This document shows positions 12,153 through 23,248 of a stretch of 64,000 bases of DNA, in pieces. Under the pieces are notes generated by a model. That model worked only from the letters and a program-made list of their open reading frames with translations, was not told the DNA's origin and did no database searches. Each line of letters opens with the position of its first letter. Position 1 is the stretch's first letter. The stretch comes from an uncultured delta proteobacterium (GTDB taxonomy: Bacteria; Myxococcota_A; Polyangia; Polyangiales; Polyangiaceae). A program made the translations under genes and the position numbers. Where the stretch lies: positions 768,001-832,000 of the forward strand of contig CAWKKR010000001.1 of the NCBI GenBank assembly GCA_963850305.1, written 5' to 3'.

Positions 12153-13478
12153 TCACGAGAAGTGCCGGGTGATCACGTCGATGACCTGCCCGTAATCCGG
12201 GGGCAGATAGACGGGCGGATTCCCAAACCGCGCGTCAATGCCGTCGAGCGCATGCTCGTGGTAGCGAACCTTGAACTCCGTGAACTTCAACCCGTTCGCC
12301 GTCGAAATGCAGACGACCCTCTCCTCGGGCTTGATTGTGCCCTTCGCCACGAGTTTCTCGATGACGGCGAGCGCAACGGCGGTGTGCGGGCAGGTGTACA
12401 TCCCGGTCCGGTCGGCTCGGGCCGCAGCGTCCGCGAGTTCTTGCTCGCTCGCTTGCTCGACGACGCCGTTCATCGCTTCCAGGGCGCGCATTGCCCGCGG
12501 CGCACTGACCGGGTTGCCGATCTGGATCGCGCTCGCGAGCGTCGGCTTGGCCACGATGGCCTCGACCTCTCGCTGTCCGGCGGACCAGGCCCTGTAGAGC
12601 GGGTTGGCGTTCTCCGCCTGGGCCACCGCGAGCCGCGGGTATCGGCTGATGATGCCGAGGTCCCGCATCATCTTGAACCCCGCGAACAGCGCCGACGCAT
12701 TACCCAGGTTGCCGCTCGGTATGACCACCCAGTCCGGTACTTCCCAGTCGAACTGTTGCACGATCTCGATGCCGACCGTCTTTTGACCTTCGATGCGCAA
12801 CGGGTTCATCGAGTTCGCGAGATAGATCAGGCCCTCTTCGGCGAGCCGCTGGACAATCGCCATGCATCCGTCGAAATCCGTATCGAGCCCGAGAACGAGC
12901 GCGCCGTTCGCGAGCGGCTGGACGAGCTGCCCGGTGCTGATCTTGCCACGAGGCAGGAGCACCACGACCGGCAGACCCGCTGCAGCACCATAGGCAGCCA
13001 GGGACGCGCTGGTGTCCCCCGTCGACGCGCAACAGAGCGCTTTGACCTTGAGGCCCCGCTCGATCGCGAGGCGCGCGACGCTCACGAGGACCGTCATGCC
13101 GAGATCCTTGAAGGACCCGCTGTGACTGTTGCCACAGAGCTTCACCCACAGATCGGGGAGCCCTATTTGCTTGCCGTGGCGCTCGGCCCAGAAAAGATTC
13201 GTCCCCCCCTCGTCCATCGAGACGATGAGTTCGTCGGGAACGGCGGGCATCACCCACTCGCGCTTCCCCCAGACCCCTGACCCGTAAGGCCAGGCCGTGC
13301 CCTTGTACCGCTCCTCGAACACCTTCATCCAGGCGGCGCCGCTCCGGTCGCGAAGGGCGTCGATGTCGTGGGTGACTTCGAGAAGCCCGCCGCACTTCGG
13401 ACAGCGATAGATCGGCTCAGTCACATTCCAGGAGCCCTCGTGACCGGCCAGGCAGGTGAAGCGACACGTGTACTGCAC
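12153..13478 (-). CDS. thrC: Threonine synthase
   Basis: [12 protein letters not shown]-lysine motif, [17 protein letters not shown] and CPHTAVA. Confidence 0.95.
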   Translation of the reverse strand: MQYTCRFTCLAGHEGSWNVTEPIYRCPKCGGLLEVTHDIDALRDRSGAAWMKVFEERYKGTAWPYGSGVWGKREWVMPAVPDELIVSMDEGGTNLFWAERHGKQIGLPDLWVKLCGNSHSGSFKDLGMTVLVSVARLAIERGLKVKALCCASTGDTSASLAAYGAAAGLPVVVLLPRGKISTGQLVQPLANGALVLGLDTDFDGCMAIVQRLAEEGLIYLANSMNPLRIEGQKTVGIEIVQQFDWEVPDWVVIPSGNLGNASALFAGFKMMRDLGIISRYPRLAVAQAENANPLYRAWSAGQREVEAIVAKPTLASAIQIGNPVSAPRAMRALEAMNGVVEQASEQELADAAARADRTGMYTCPHTAVALAVIEKLVAKGTIKPEERVVCISTANGLKFTEFKVRYHEHALDGIDARFGNPPVYLPPDYGQVIDVITRHFS

Positions 13479-13585
13479 GTCGCCACTATAACAAGGAAGC
13501 GCGATGGAGGGCTGAGCGTGCGGTCCTCCATGCCGCCGCGATCATTTGCTCTCGTTTGCGGCCAGAGCGCGCTACCGTGCGCGCC

Positions 13586-14677
13586 GTGAGCGGACCCTGG
13601 GCGCTCGTCCTGACCCCATCGGGCGGCGATCCGGCTCGCCGGGTCGGCGGTCTTTCGATCGCGCTTCGGCTGGCGCTCGACGCGGCGCGGGCCGGCGCCA
13701 TCGCGGTCGTCCTCGACGCCGGCAGCGGCGTGTCGCGGCAGGTGCTGTCGGACCCTCGACTGAAGATCCCCGTCCTCGACGCGGTGCCCGAGGACGTGCG
13801 CAGCGTCTCCGCGGGGGCGAGCATCATCTTTCATCGCGATGTGTTCAAGGCGGCCGCAGCGAACCGCGGAAACGTGGCGCTCACGCTCGACACCCCCAAG
13901 GGCCCGGCCGCGTACGCATTCTCGCCCATCGACGTCGCGGACGGGGAAAGTGCCGCACGCGCGGAGGCGGAGCTCTTTCGATCGCTCCGAAAGCCGCAGG
14001 ACGGCTGGACGTCCCGCCATCTCAACCGATACATCTCGCTCTCGCTCTCGCGATGGTTGGTCAGGACGCCGCTCTCGCCGAATCAGGTGTCGGTCGGCAT
14101 TCTCGCGATCGGCCTGCTCGGCGCGTGGCTCGCATCTCGCGGCACTTACGGCACGATGCTGCTCGGCGCGTTTCTATTTCAAGCCCAGAGCGTTCTCGAC
14201 GGGTGCGACGGCGAGATGAGCCGGGTGACCTACCGGGGTTCGCTCCTCGGCGAGTGGCTCGACACAATCGGCGACGATCTCACGAACTACGGCTTCTTCG
14301 CGGGGACGTCGCTCGGTCTTCACGCGGCGACCGGCAGCGAGCTCTATCTCGCGGCCGGCGCGGTCACCGTAGGTTGCGGGGTCACCGCGAGTCTCGTGGA
14401 ATACCGGTACCTCGTGAAGATCGGCTCCGGGGATCTGCTCCGCTATCCGACGAGCCAGGTGGCCTCGCAGGGCAAAGGCTTCTTCGCGATCATCGCGCCG
14501 CTCTTCAAACGCGACACGTTCGTGTTGCTGACCCTCGTGGCGGCGCTCTTCGACCTCCTCGGGCCGATGCTCGTCGTGTTCGCGTTCGCCGCGGTGGGCA
14601 TCCTCGTCAACGTCTTCATCGCCGAGGCGCAAATGGCGCGCGGCCGGCGGGCTCCCGGGTCGTCGTCCCGGTCATGA
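13586..14677 (+). CDS. CDP-alcohol phosphatidyltransferase family protein with an N-terminal extra domain
   Basis: DGCDGEMSR...GEWLDTIGD signature and SPNQVS. The start at GTG 13586 is uncertain. Confidence 0.85.
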   Translation: MSGPWALVLTPSGGDPARRVGGLSIALRLALDAARAGAIAVVLDAGSGVSRQVLSDPRLKIPVLDAVPEDVRSVSAGASIIFHRDVFKAAAANRGNVALTLDTPKGPAAYAFSPIDVADGESAARAEAELFRSLRKPQDGWTSRHLNRYISLSLSRWLVRTPLSPNQVSVGILAIGLLGAWLASRGTYGTMLLGAFLFQAQSVLDGCDGEMSRVTYRGSLLGEWLDTIGDDLTNYGFFAGTSLGLHAATGSELYLAAGAVTVGCGVTASLVEYRYLVKIGSGDLLRYPTSQVASQGKGFFAIIAPLFKRDTFVLLTLVAALFDLLGPMLVVFAFAAVGILVNVFIAEAQMARGRRAPGSSSRS

Positions 14678-16196
14678 ATTCTCGCGGCGGAAGGGCGGCC
14701 GCTCTCGCGACGGCCACCGGTCTGGCGATGCTCGGGAACGACGCTCAGGGCGCGGGCCCACTCGGCCCGGATGGCGCGCCGATCCGCACGAGCAGTTACA
14801 GCGTGGACCTCACGCAGACACCCGTGCTCGCCAGCTCGCGCGTCACCGGCCTGGCAGGAGCCTACGTCGCGATCGCCGAAGGGATCGACGGCGACACGCA
14901 GACGCCAGTGGCGCCCGCCGTTCGAACCCCGAATTCGCTGGAGCACTTCGACTACGAGCTCGGTCTCGGCTTGACGCTGCCGGCAACGCTCACGTCGACG
15001 GACTTTTTCAACACCGGGCACCAGCGCACGGTGCTGAGCAACGCCAAGCAACAACGCTTCGTCTTCCTCACGCCCGCGCTGAATCTCGCATGGGGGACAT
15101 TCGGGCTGGGCGCGACGGCGGAAATCTCGAACTACTCTCTGGCGCGCCGCACCGGGGACGAGAACGCCATCAACGACGACCTCTCCACCATCTTCGTGAT
15201 CGGTCACGTGCAGGCGGCGAACGCGTTCGCGCACGGCCAGTTCGTCGGCGGCGTGGGCCTGCGCGTCGTGGGCCTGAACGTGACCGATCCCCAGGCCCCT
15301 GCGAGCGCGACGAATCTCTTCGCGACGCTCGGCGCCGGAGTCGAGCTCGGTGCGCTGTGGATGCCAATGCGATTGCCGTTTCGCATCGGCGCCGCTTTTC
15401 GGTCCGGCGTGTCGAATACTCCGGCGCCCAAGAGCCCCTTCGCTCTCGATGCGCAGGGCGATCGCGTCGTGGGCAATCCATCCGATCCAGTCAACGCATT
15501 CTGGCTCCCGAACCAGATCAATCAAGCGTGGGACCTGAACGTCGGCGCGGCGGTTCAACTCGGTCCGCGCCCGATGAACCCGGAGTGGATCGACCCCGAG
15601 ATCGAGGAGACCGAAGAACGAACGGTCGAGGACGCCCGGTCGGACGCGCGCGCGAGAAGGCGCGCCATCGACTACGGCGATGGGAGTGGCGAAGGGCTGA
15701 TCGAGCGCGCCGTGGGCGCAGCCGAAGACTCCCTGGTCGACGCTGACCGGGCCGAGGCCGAGCGAAGGCTCGAGCAAGTGCGGCACGACGCGCGGCGCGC
15801 CGCAGCCCGCAGGCGCGACGCTCTACCGCGACGCTACTTCCTCGTTTCGGCATCGTTGCTGGTCACCGGCCCGCTCGCGAACGCGGTGGGCGTCGAGTCC
15901 TTTCTGGAGCGCGTCGTAGCGCGCTCCGGGGGCTCGGCCACCTTCTCGCCGCGACTCGGTGTCGAAACGGAGATGGTTCCCAATTTCATCAGGGTCCGCG
16001 CCGGGACCTACGAGGAACCCTCTCGATTCGCGACGAGCTCGAGCAGACTCCACGGGACACTGGGCTTCGACGTCAAAGTCCTCCCCTGGACGGTCTTCGG
16101 GCTCTTCGACCCGGACTCCGAGTGGCGCCTCACGACTTCGGGGGACGTCGCCGCGCGGTACTTCGGCTGGGGCGTGAGCATCGGGATTGGCACTGA
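14674..16196 (+). CDS. Putative outer-membrane beta-barrel protein; frameshift near 16187 in the last codons
   Basis: ATGA overlap with the upstream gene, a signal peptide and amphipathic beta-strands. Restoring one base gives a C-terminus WGVSIGIWH followed by TGA at 16194-16196. Confidence 0.65.
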
Positions 16197-16226
16197 TCGA
16201 CTGGCCCGGGGTAGAGTCCGAAGGTT

Positions 16227-18899
16227 ATGGGCGGGCCTCTCGACCACTCCCTGCTCCGCCAAGTCGAGGAGCTCATCGAGCACGACGACATGGCAGAGGC
16301 ACAGCGCGTCCTGGGCTCGCTCGGCGACCGACGTGAGTTTGCCGACGGGGTGGCGTACCTGTCGACCCGGATTCTCTACGCTCGCGGCCGACTCGACCTG
16401 ACTGGCGTCACGGATCGACTCCAGGACCTGCTCTCGCGATCCCCTCGGTTTCCGGAGGCTGCCGCGTTCCTGTCACGCGCGCTCGCCGGAATGTTGCCTC
16501 CGCCGACGGCCGTCTCCGCGGCGCCCAGCGCGCCCACGGCGGCGCCGGGCAGGATGTCTTCGGCACCGAACGCGGCGTCGCCACCTCCGAGACCTCCGTC
16601 AGGTCCGCAGGCGGGGCACTCGACGGCTCCCATGGGTTCCCAGGTCCATCCCGTCATATCGGCGCCACCTACGGTGCGCGCGTCGCCGCGAGCTCCGGGG
16701 CCGAAGCGGGAAGCCGACAATCATTTCCCCACCGAGCCGCTCGGCCATTCGCACTCGAGCCCCGAACGGATGCCGCCCGGCGATACCGAAAGCGACATCA
16801 AGCCCGAGGTTCGTTCGCGGCAGTTCTCGCCGATTTCCGGACTCGAGCCTTTCACCAGCCCGCAGGCGACGACCTCCAGACCGCCAGACCCCGCGCGTAG
16901 CAAGATCCCGGACATCCCTCGCGCGCCGGCCCTGCCGCAGTTCCGTGACAACAGCTCTCCACCGAGCTACGCGCCGCACGGAGCCGAGCCCGAATACCGG
17001 CCCCCGAAGAGCCTCCTGCCCAGAAACGCAGGGCGATACAGCGAAGCGCCGTCGGCCGCCGATATCGTCGGACCGCGACGGGCGCGCGCGAGCCATCCCC
17101 CACCCTCGAATCCGCCGGTCTCCGACCGCAGGGGTCGCGAAACGGTGCGCGGGACTCCACACCGCATTCGTTCGGGGATCCCGCCGCGGGATTCGACGAA
17201 CCTGCCCACACTGTTCGAGATCGCGTCGTGGATCGACGAAGGGCGCCATCGGGACGCCATTGCGGCAGTGAACCGCGCGGGACCCGACGCCGGGCTCGAA
17301 TACGCGGTGCTTCGCGCGCGTGCTCTCGCCGGCGCGGGTTACATGGACCAGGCTCTCGACGCTCTGGAGAAGATCGAAGCCGCCCCGCGGCTGGATCCGG
17401 AGCTGCGAGCGGCGTGCGCGCGCTTGTACGTGGAGCTCGGCGATCCGTCGCACGCCTTGCGGCTCGCGCGGGCGGCGGTCGAAGGCGCCCCGGATCGCCC
17501 GCTCGTTCGACTCACGTACGCGCTCGCTGCCGTGCGTCTCGCGCGACGAAAACCGGACGAGGCGCTGCTGGAAGAGGCCGACCGCGCGATCGAGCTACTG
17601 AGGGGCCGCGAAGGTCCGCTTCCGGCGCTGCTCCAGGCACTGAAAGCCTGCGTGCAGGCGGGCAGCGGGGACCCGGAGCGGGCCATCGGGCTCGCACAGC
17701 GCGCCCTCGGGCTCGATCCGAAATCGCCGGACGCGCTCGCCGCCGTCGCGGAAGCTTCCGCGCGGCTGGGCCGCGTCGTCGACGCACGTCACGCGTGGGA
17801 GCGTCTCTCGACAGTGGCCCCGGAGGAGGCCGATGCGGTGGCGCCACTCCTCGCGCGCGCCGGGGTCTCGATTGCCGGTCACGGTACGACGGCTGACGTG
17901 TCCCACCATGCTGGCTTCTGGGAGCCCGCCGAGATCGAGATCGGCGCAGGACGCCGCACGGGCGCCATCGCCGTCGTGGAGCAGGCGGCTCACGACATCG
18001 TGCGCCGGATCATCCGACCCGCGTCGCAGAGCGGGCTCACCGGGATCGCATCCGTGGCCGCCAGCTTCCTGACGTCCACGCAGGTGCTCTCGACGTTCGC
18101 GCCGTACGACATGTCGCTGTGGAGTATCGAGCGACTCGATGCGGCGCTCGACGTCCTTTACGGGGGAGACCTTCGCCCGCGCGTGAGGACGGACGAAGCC
18201 GGGCTCGTCTTGCTCCTCGGTGCTTACCTCGGAGAGTCGCTCCGGCTGGCTCACGGCGGGCACTGGAACGGGAAGGTCTCGGAGCTCGACAGCGCCAGGC
18301 TCATCGCCGGCGAACGGACCTCGTACCCCTTCCGCATCCTGTCCGCGCGCGTTCACCAAGGGCGCCGCGCGAAGCTCGCGGACACGCTCGGGGACGCGCT
18401 CTCGAAGCATCATTTCCCTCCCTGGCGCACCCGCATTCCGAATCCGGTCGCGCCGCCATCGCCGTGGGGTCCGACGACGTGGCCCAAGCCGAGTCAGATT
18501 GCGGCGCTCGGTCGGTCCGTGTCGAAATCACCCATCGGCAGGTACTGCGAAGAGCTGGCAGAGGGGCCGCTCGACAACACGACGTCGAGTCTGATCGCCC
18601 TGGACACGTACCTCGACCTCATTGCACCCCGTGACGCGGCAAGCGATCCCGACGCCGCGTGGACGCGCCGCATCTCGGTCCTCGTGGGCGGCTACCTGGG
18701 GGAGACCATCCGGGAACTGGTGGGCGGCGAGTGGATCTACGGCGTCGACACGGCGACCGACGCGCACGCGTTCAAGCTCGAGCTCAAGGGCACGGTCGAG
18801 GCCATGCCCGTCGCGCACGTGCTCGAACGCGTCATCGGCGAGCGTTCGTCGACCATGGTCGATTACGCGAAGACCCTGGTGCGGCGCGCGGGCCGCTGA
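16227..18899 (+). CDS. Pro-rich / TPR protein with a duplicated C-terminal domain
   Basis: 890-aa ORF with a Pro-rich linker, TPRs, and two copies of a G(A/G)YLGE...GGxW module. Confidence 0.8.
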   Translation: MGGPLDHSLLRQVEELIEHDDMAEAQRVLGSLGDRREFADGVAYLSTRILYARGRLDLTGVTDRLQDLLSRSPRFPEAAAFLSRALAGMLPPPTAVSAAPSAPTAAPGRMSSAPNAASPPPRPPSGPQAGHSTAPMGSQVHPVISAPPTVRASPRAPGPKREADNHFPTEPLGHSHSSPERMPPGDTESDIKPEVRSRQFSPISGLEPFTSPQATTSRPPDPARSKIPDIPRAPALPQFRDNSSPPSYAPHGAEPEYRPPKSLLPRNAGRYSEAPSAADIVGPRRARASHPPPSNPPVSDRRGRETVRGTPHRIRSGIPPRDSTNLPTLFEIASWIDEGRHRDAIAAVNRAGPDAGLEYAVLRARALAGAGYMDQALDALEKIEAAPRLDPELRAACARLYVELGDPSHALRLARAAVEGAPDRPLVRLTYALAAVRLARRKPDEALLEEADRAIELLRGREGPLPALLQALKACVQAGSGDPERAIGLAQRALGLDPKSPDALAAVAEASARLGRVVDARHAWERLSTVAPEEADAVAPLLARAGVSIAGHGTTADVSHHAGFWEPAEIEIGAGRRTGAIAVVEQAAHDIVRRIIRPASQSGLTGIASVAASFLTSTQVLSTFAPYDMSLWSIERLDAALDVLYGGDLRPRVRTDEAGLVLLLGAYLGESLRLAHGGHWNGKVSELDSARLIAGERTSYPFRILSARVHQGRRAKLADTLGDALSKHHFPPWRTRIPNPVAPPSPWGPTTWPKPSQIAALGRSVSKSPIGRYCEELAEGPLDNTTSSLIALDTYLDLIAPRDAASDPDAAWTRRISVLVGGYLGETIRELVGGEWIYGVDTATDAHAFKLELKGTVEAMPVAHVLERVIGERSSTMVDYAKTLVRRAGR

Positions 18900-18957
18900 C
18901 CGACCCTGCCGGCGCCCGGCGGCGGAAAATCCCTCGACGGTCCCGCGAGACGGACGG

Positions 18958-20013
18958 TCAGACCTCACGCATCGCCGACAGGAGCGCCGCGATCTCCGCG
19001 TCCGTGCCGACGGTGATGCGGAGCCCATCATCGAGCAAGGGGCGATCGAAATAGCGGACCAGGATGCCGCGCTCCTTCAGGGAACGATAGGCGTCGCGGG
19101 CGCGTTCGGCGCTCCCGAGCCGCGCGAAGACGAAGTTCGCCGAGCTCGGCAGGACCTCGAGACCGAGCCCCGATAACCCCTTCGCCAGCGCGGCACGGGT
19201 GGCGCGGATCTTCGCGACGTTCGCGCGCATGAAGTCGCCGTCCCCGAGCGCGGCCGCGCCCGCGACCAGCGCGAGCCGGTCCAGGTTGTAGCTATCCTTC
19301 ACCTTCGCGATGCCGGAGACGAGCTCCGGCGCGCCGAACATCAGCCCCACGCGCATCCCGGCGAGGCTATAGCTCTTCGAGAACGTGCGAAGCACGAGCA
19401 CGTTCGGCAACGTGCGCGCGAGCTCCAGCGCGTTTCGATCGGCGAAGTCCGCGTAAGCCTCGTCCACGACGAGGAGCCCGCGAGGAAGACTGACGGCGAG
19501 CTCCGCGAGGGCCTCCGCGGGATACGACGTCCCGGACGGCGAGTTCGGGCTCGCGACGAACACTATCTTGGCGTCGGAGCCGTAGAGCTGCCGGGGCAAC
19601 GCGTAGTCGCGGTCGAACGGGAGGGCGCGCGCCACCGCGCCGGTCGCTTCCGCGAGCGTCTCGTAAAGGACGTACGTCGGGTACGGGTATTCGATCACGT
19701 CGCCCTCGTCGCAAATGGCGCGCATGATGAGCGCGAGGAGCTCGTCGGAGCCGTTCCCGGCGAGGATCCGTTCGACGGGGAGCCCCGTGACCGACGAAGC
19801 CGCGCGCCGCAGACCGAGGGCCGCGGGGTCGCTGTAAAGCCTGAGGCGCTCGCCGCCGCTCGCGAGCTCGGCGGCAATCGCTTCCGCGACTCTCGGACTC
19901 GGCGCGTAGGGGTTCTCGTTGGTGTTCAGCTTGATGACGCGGGACCCCGGCGCCGGCTGCTCACCGGGCACGTAACCGTGCATCTTCGCCACGTTCGCAC
20001 GAAAGAATGTCAT
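18958..20013 (-). CDS. hisC: Histidinol-phosphate aminotransferase
   Basis: KLNTNENPY, GNGSDE, SPNSPSG, DEAY and RTFSKSYSLAGMRVG motifs. Confidence 0.93.
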   Translation of the reverse strand: MTFFRANVAKMHGYVPGEQPAPGSRVIKLNTNENPYAPSPRVAEAIAAELASGGERLRLYSDPAALGLRRAASSVTGLPVERILAGNGSDELLALIMRAICDEGDVIEYPYPTYVLYETLAEATGAVARALPFDRDYALPRQLYGSDAKIVFVASPNSPSGTSYPAEALAELAVSLPRGLLVVDEAYADFADRNALELARTLPNVLVLRTFSKSYSLAGMRVGLMFGAPELVSGIAKVKDSYNLDRLALVAGAAALGDGDFMRANVAKIRATRAALAKGLSGLGLEVLPSSANFVFARLGSAERARDAYRSLKERGILVRYFDRPLLDDGLRITVGTDAEIAALLSAMREV

Positions 20014-20039
20014 GGGTTGGGCGGGGTGACGGGTTTGGT

Positions 20040-21851
20040 TCAGATGCCGGGCCAGCGGTGAGCTTCCGCGAGGCGCCGGCTGAAGCCCCGGGTCCTTCGC
20101 TCGCGCGCCTCGCGTTCGACACGCGCGCGCCGCACTTCCTTCCACCGCTCGAGGTAAGCGTCGAGGACGCCCGGGTCGGCATCGTAGCGGCGGAACGCGT
20201 CGGCGTTCGCGGAGCGGAGCGCGACCGCACCGTTGTAACCCCCGAACCCCTGCGTGGGGACGAGGACGCCGCCATCCGGATCGCCGCGCAGCGGCTCGCG
20301 CCCCAGCCGGAAGTGTTCCGCGGGTTCGCCCAGCTCATCGTCCAGACGCTTGAGCGTCGGCACGCCGACGGATGGCTCGCCCAGTAGATAATAGATCGCC
20401 TCGCTCACCGCCTTCAGCCCTGTTTCGCCCATGGAGTGGCCGTCCCCGATGGCCTTCGGAGCGCCGACCGTCATCGGCGGCAACCGTGAGGTGAACCCCT
20501 GGAGCTCCGCGGCCGCCAGCCGGGCGGCCTGCGCCGCCGCGAGGTCCGTCCTCGAATTCGTCCGTGTTCCGGTCGCGTGCGCGACGAGGTGACGGAAGTC
20601 CGCGATGCCGTAGCCGTGGCCCAGGAAGGCCATCTCGAGTGCGGTGATCGTGGCGTTCTCGCCCCCGAATCCCACGCCGGCGAAGTGCCCCTTGCCGCCC
20701 GTTTCTCCGCTCTGCCCCCACCCGACGATGAGCGACGTGACGTCGAGGAAGTTGCGCAGCGCGAAGTCGAGCGTCGTCACGATCACGCCGGAGGCAGCGT
20801 GCCCGACGATCGTCCCATGGGCGTCCACGTCGAACGGCGCGAGGCACTCCGCAACGGAGCGCCGCTCCTCCGGGCGCCGCTCCGCGTTCAGGACCTCGAG
20901 CTTCTGCCGGCTCATCATCGCCCCGACCCCGAAGGCTTCGAGGAGCCGCGCGTCGGGCTTCAGCGCGGCGTCCGCCGCCGTCCAGAGCAGCATCTCCGTC
21001 GGCTGATGCCCCGGGTACGACAGGAGCATCGCGGACGCGGCGTCCGCAATGCACACGAGCGCGCTCGCGCACGCTGCGCTCGTCGTCATGGGCGCCTGGG
21101 GCACGCGGCGCATCGGCGACGAGGGGGAGCGCAGCGCGTCGAGCAGCGCCGGGTTCCTGCGAACGCGGCTCAGGTTGAACGCGGGCGACAGCATGGTGGA
21201 TACCAGCGCGGGGCCGTGGCTGCTCAGCGTCGCGGCCAGCCGATACGCAAGCTTGTCGTTCTTCCTGTCGGGGACCGTCTCGTGCTTCGGCTGCATGCCT
21301 AGCAGCAGACTCTCGAAGCTGTCGTTCCCCGAGAACGCGCTCGCCGCGATCACCCGGAACCGCCGCGGATCGGGCAAGAGCTTCGCGAGCGGCTCCGGCA
21401 AGGCCGCGAGCGCGCCCAGCCCGCCGTACAGGAACAGCTGCGCCTGCAGGCTCGGCCCGAGCCGTGGATCGTCGTCGAAGAGACCGAACATGTCCGACAA
21501 TTCGGATTGTCGGATATCCGCGAAGCCGATTCCCGCGAGGCGGCGCAGCCCGCCGTCCTCCAGGTCGTGCGGCAGCGGAGCCGCCAGGTCCGTCGACAGG
21601 TGCGGCGCCATCACCGAAGGGTCGAGCGCGCGGATCCCCATCCGACTCCGGAGCTCCGTTCCCCAGCGCGCCTCCATGTCCTCGACGGACATGCGCCCGC
21701 CCGCCCCTTTTCGCAGGAATGCGGGCTCCTCGGCCGTGCTCGCGGACGCATCCACTTCCACCAATCCCGCGTCGAGCGCGGCGAAGCCGATGGCGAGCGG
21801 GCTCCCCGTCACGACCGCCCGGTGCGTCTCGGTACTGCCGACCGCCGACAT
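20040..21851 (-). CDS. Stand-alone long beta-ketoacyl synthase (KAS I/II fold)
   Basis: Catalytic Cys (AACAS), His (AHATGT) and His (GHSMG), plus a C-terminal GFGGYN motif; about 603 aa. Confidence 0.8.
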   Translation of the reverse strand: MSAVGSTETHRAVVTGSPLAIGFAALDAGLVEVDASASTAEEPAFLRKGAGGRMSVEDMEARWGTELRSRMGIRALDPSVMAPHLSTDLAAPLPHDLEDGGLRRLAGIGFADIRQSELSDMFGLFDDDPRLGPSLQAQLFLYGGLGALAALPEPLAKLLPDPRRFRVIAASAFSGNDSFESLLLGMQPKHETVPDRKNDKLAYRLAATLSSHGPALVSTMLSPAFNLSRVRRNPALLDALRSPSSPMRRVPQAPMTTSAACASALVCIADAASAMLLSYPGHQPTEMLLWTAADAALKPDARLLEAFGVGAMMSRQKLEVLNAERRPEERRSVAECLAPFDVDAHGTIVGHAASGVIVTTLDFALRNFLDVTSLIVGWGQSGETGGKGHFAGVGFGGENATITALEMAFLGHGYGIADFRHLVAHATGTRTNSRTDLAAAQAARLAAAELQGFTSRLPPMTVGAPKAIGDGHSMGETGLKAVSEAIYYLLGEPSVGVPTLKRLDDELGEPAEHFRLGREPLRGDPDGGVLVPTQGFGGYNGAVALRSANADAFRRYDADPGVLDAYLERWKEVRRARVEREARERRTRGFSRRLAEAHRWPGI

Positions 21852-22062
21852 CGTGCACGGCGTGCCGATGGTGCAGAGGACTCGGCTCGGGTGAAGTCGC
21901 ATCACGGCGCTCCACGACCCTAGCGCAGCCGGGCTCATGGATGGATTCGAAACCGGTACCGGATTCGGCGGTCGGCCCCGTGACCCGGGACCCCCCACCG
22001 CTTTTTCGCGCCGCCGTGACAGCTCGTTCCAAACGGGTGAACGGAGTGATATTGCCGAAACA

Positions 22063-23248
22063 ATGAGCGAGCCCATCAGTGTCGATGCCCTTTCCGCCCT
22101 CGATGAACACCTGACCGAAGACGAGCGGATGGTCCGCGACACCGTGCGCCGCTCTGATCCGGGAGCGGTATTTGCCGCGCGCCGGCGACCTCTTCGAGAA
22201 AGAGGAGTTCCCGGACGACCTCATCCCGGAAATCGCCGCGATGGGTCTGCTCGGCGCGACGCTCAACGGCTACGGCTGCGCGGGAATGAGCTCCGTCCAG
22301 TACGGGCTCGTCCTGCAGGAGCTCGAGTACGGCGACAGCGGGCTCCGTAGCTTCGTCAGCGTCCAGGGGTCGCTCGCGATGTACGGCCGATCTGGGCGTA
22401 CGGGAGCGAGGAGCAAAAGCGGAAGTACCTGCCCGAGATGGCGACGGCGGAAACTCATCGGCTGCTTCGGCCTGACCGAGCCGGACAGCGGCTCGGACCC
22501 CGGCTCGATGAAGACGCGCGCGAGGCGCGACGGTGACGGCTGGGTGCTCTCGGGCACGAAGATGTGGATCACCAGCTCGCCCTTCGCGCACCTCGCGGTC
22601 GTCTGGGCGAAGGTCGACGACGGCGAGGCCGACTCCATCCAGGGCTTCATCGTCGAGCGCGGAGCTGAAGGGCTTCGAGACGCCGCGCATCCACGGCAAG
22701 ATGAGCCTCCGCGCCAGCGAGACCGGGGAGATCGTCCTCGACGAGTGCCGCGTGCCCGAGAACAATCGCGCTCCCCAACGTCCGTGGACTGAAGGGTCCG
22801 CTCGGGTGTCTGACGCAGGCCCGCTTCGGCATCGCCTGGGGCGCGATCGGCGCGGCCAAGGCGTGCTTCGACGCCACCGTCGACTACGCCCGCAAGCGCG
22901 TCCAGTTCGGCGAGCCCATCGCCTCGAAGCAGCTCATGCAGGAGCAGCTCGTCGACATGGGCTCGGAGATCATCAAGGGCGATCTCCTCGCGCTCCACTA
23001 CTCCCGCCTGAAGGACGAGAAAGGCATCAGTCCCGATGCAGGTCTCGCTCTGCAAGCGGAACAACGTCGGGCACGCCCTCGCCATCGCGCGCACCTGCCG
23101 CGGCATCCTCGGCGGCAACGGCATCCTCCTCGAGTACCCCGTAGTGCGGCACATGCTGAACCTCGAGAGCGTCTACACCTACGAAGGCACGCACGAGATC
23201 CACACGCTGGTGCTCGGCAAGGCGTTCACCGGCTACGACGCATTCTGA
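22063..23248 (+). pseudogene. Glutaryl-CoA dehydrogenase-like acyl-CoA dehydrogenase with about six frameshifts (sequencing error or pseudogene)
   Basis: Motifs DSGLRSFVSVQGSL, GCFGLTEPDSGSD, GTKMWIT and YEGTHEIH are spread across frames. Shifts lie near 22153, 22387, 22451, 22663, 22770 and 23035. Confidence 0.8.

Noticed and set aside
13546..16401. 951-aa ORF
   Set aside because: Its first 376 codons are an off-frame shadow of the CDP-AP gene, and its tail results from a frameshift near 16187.
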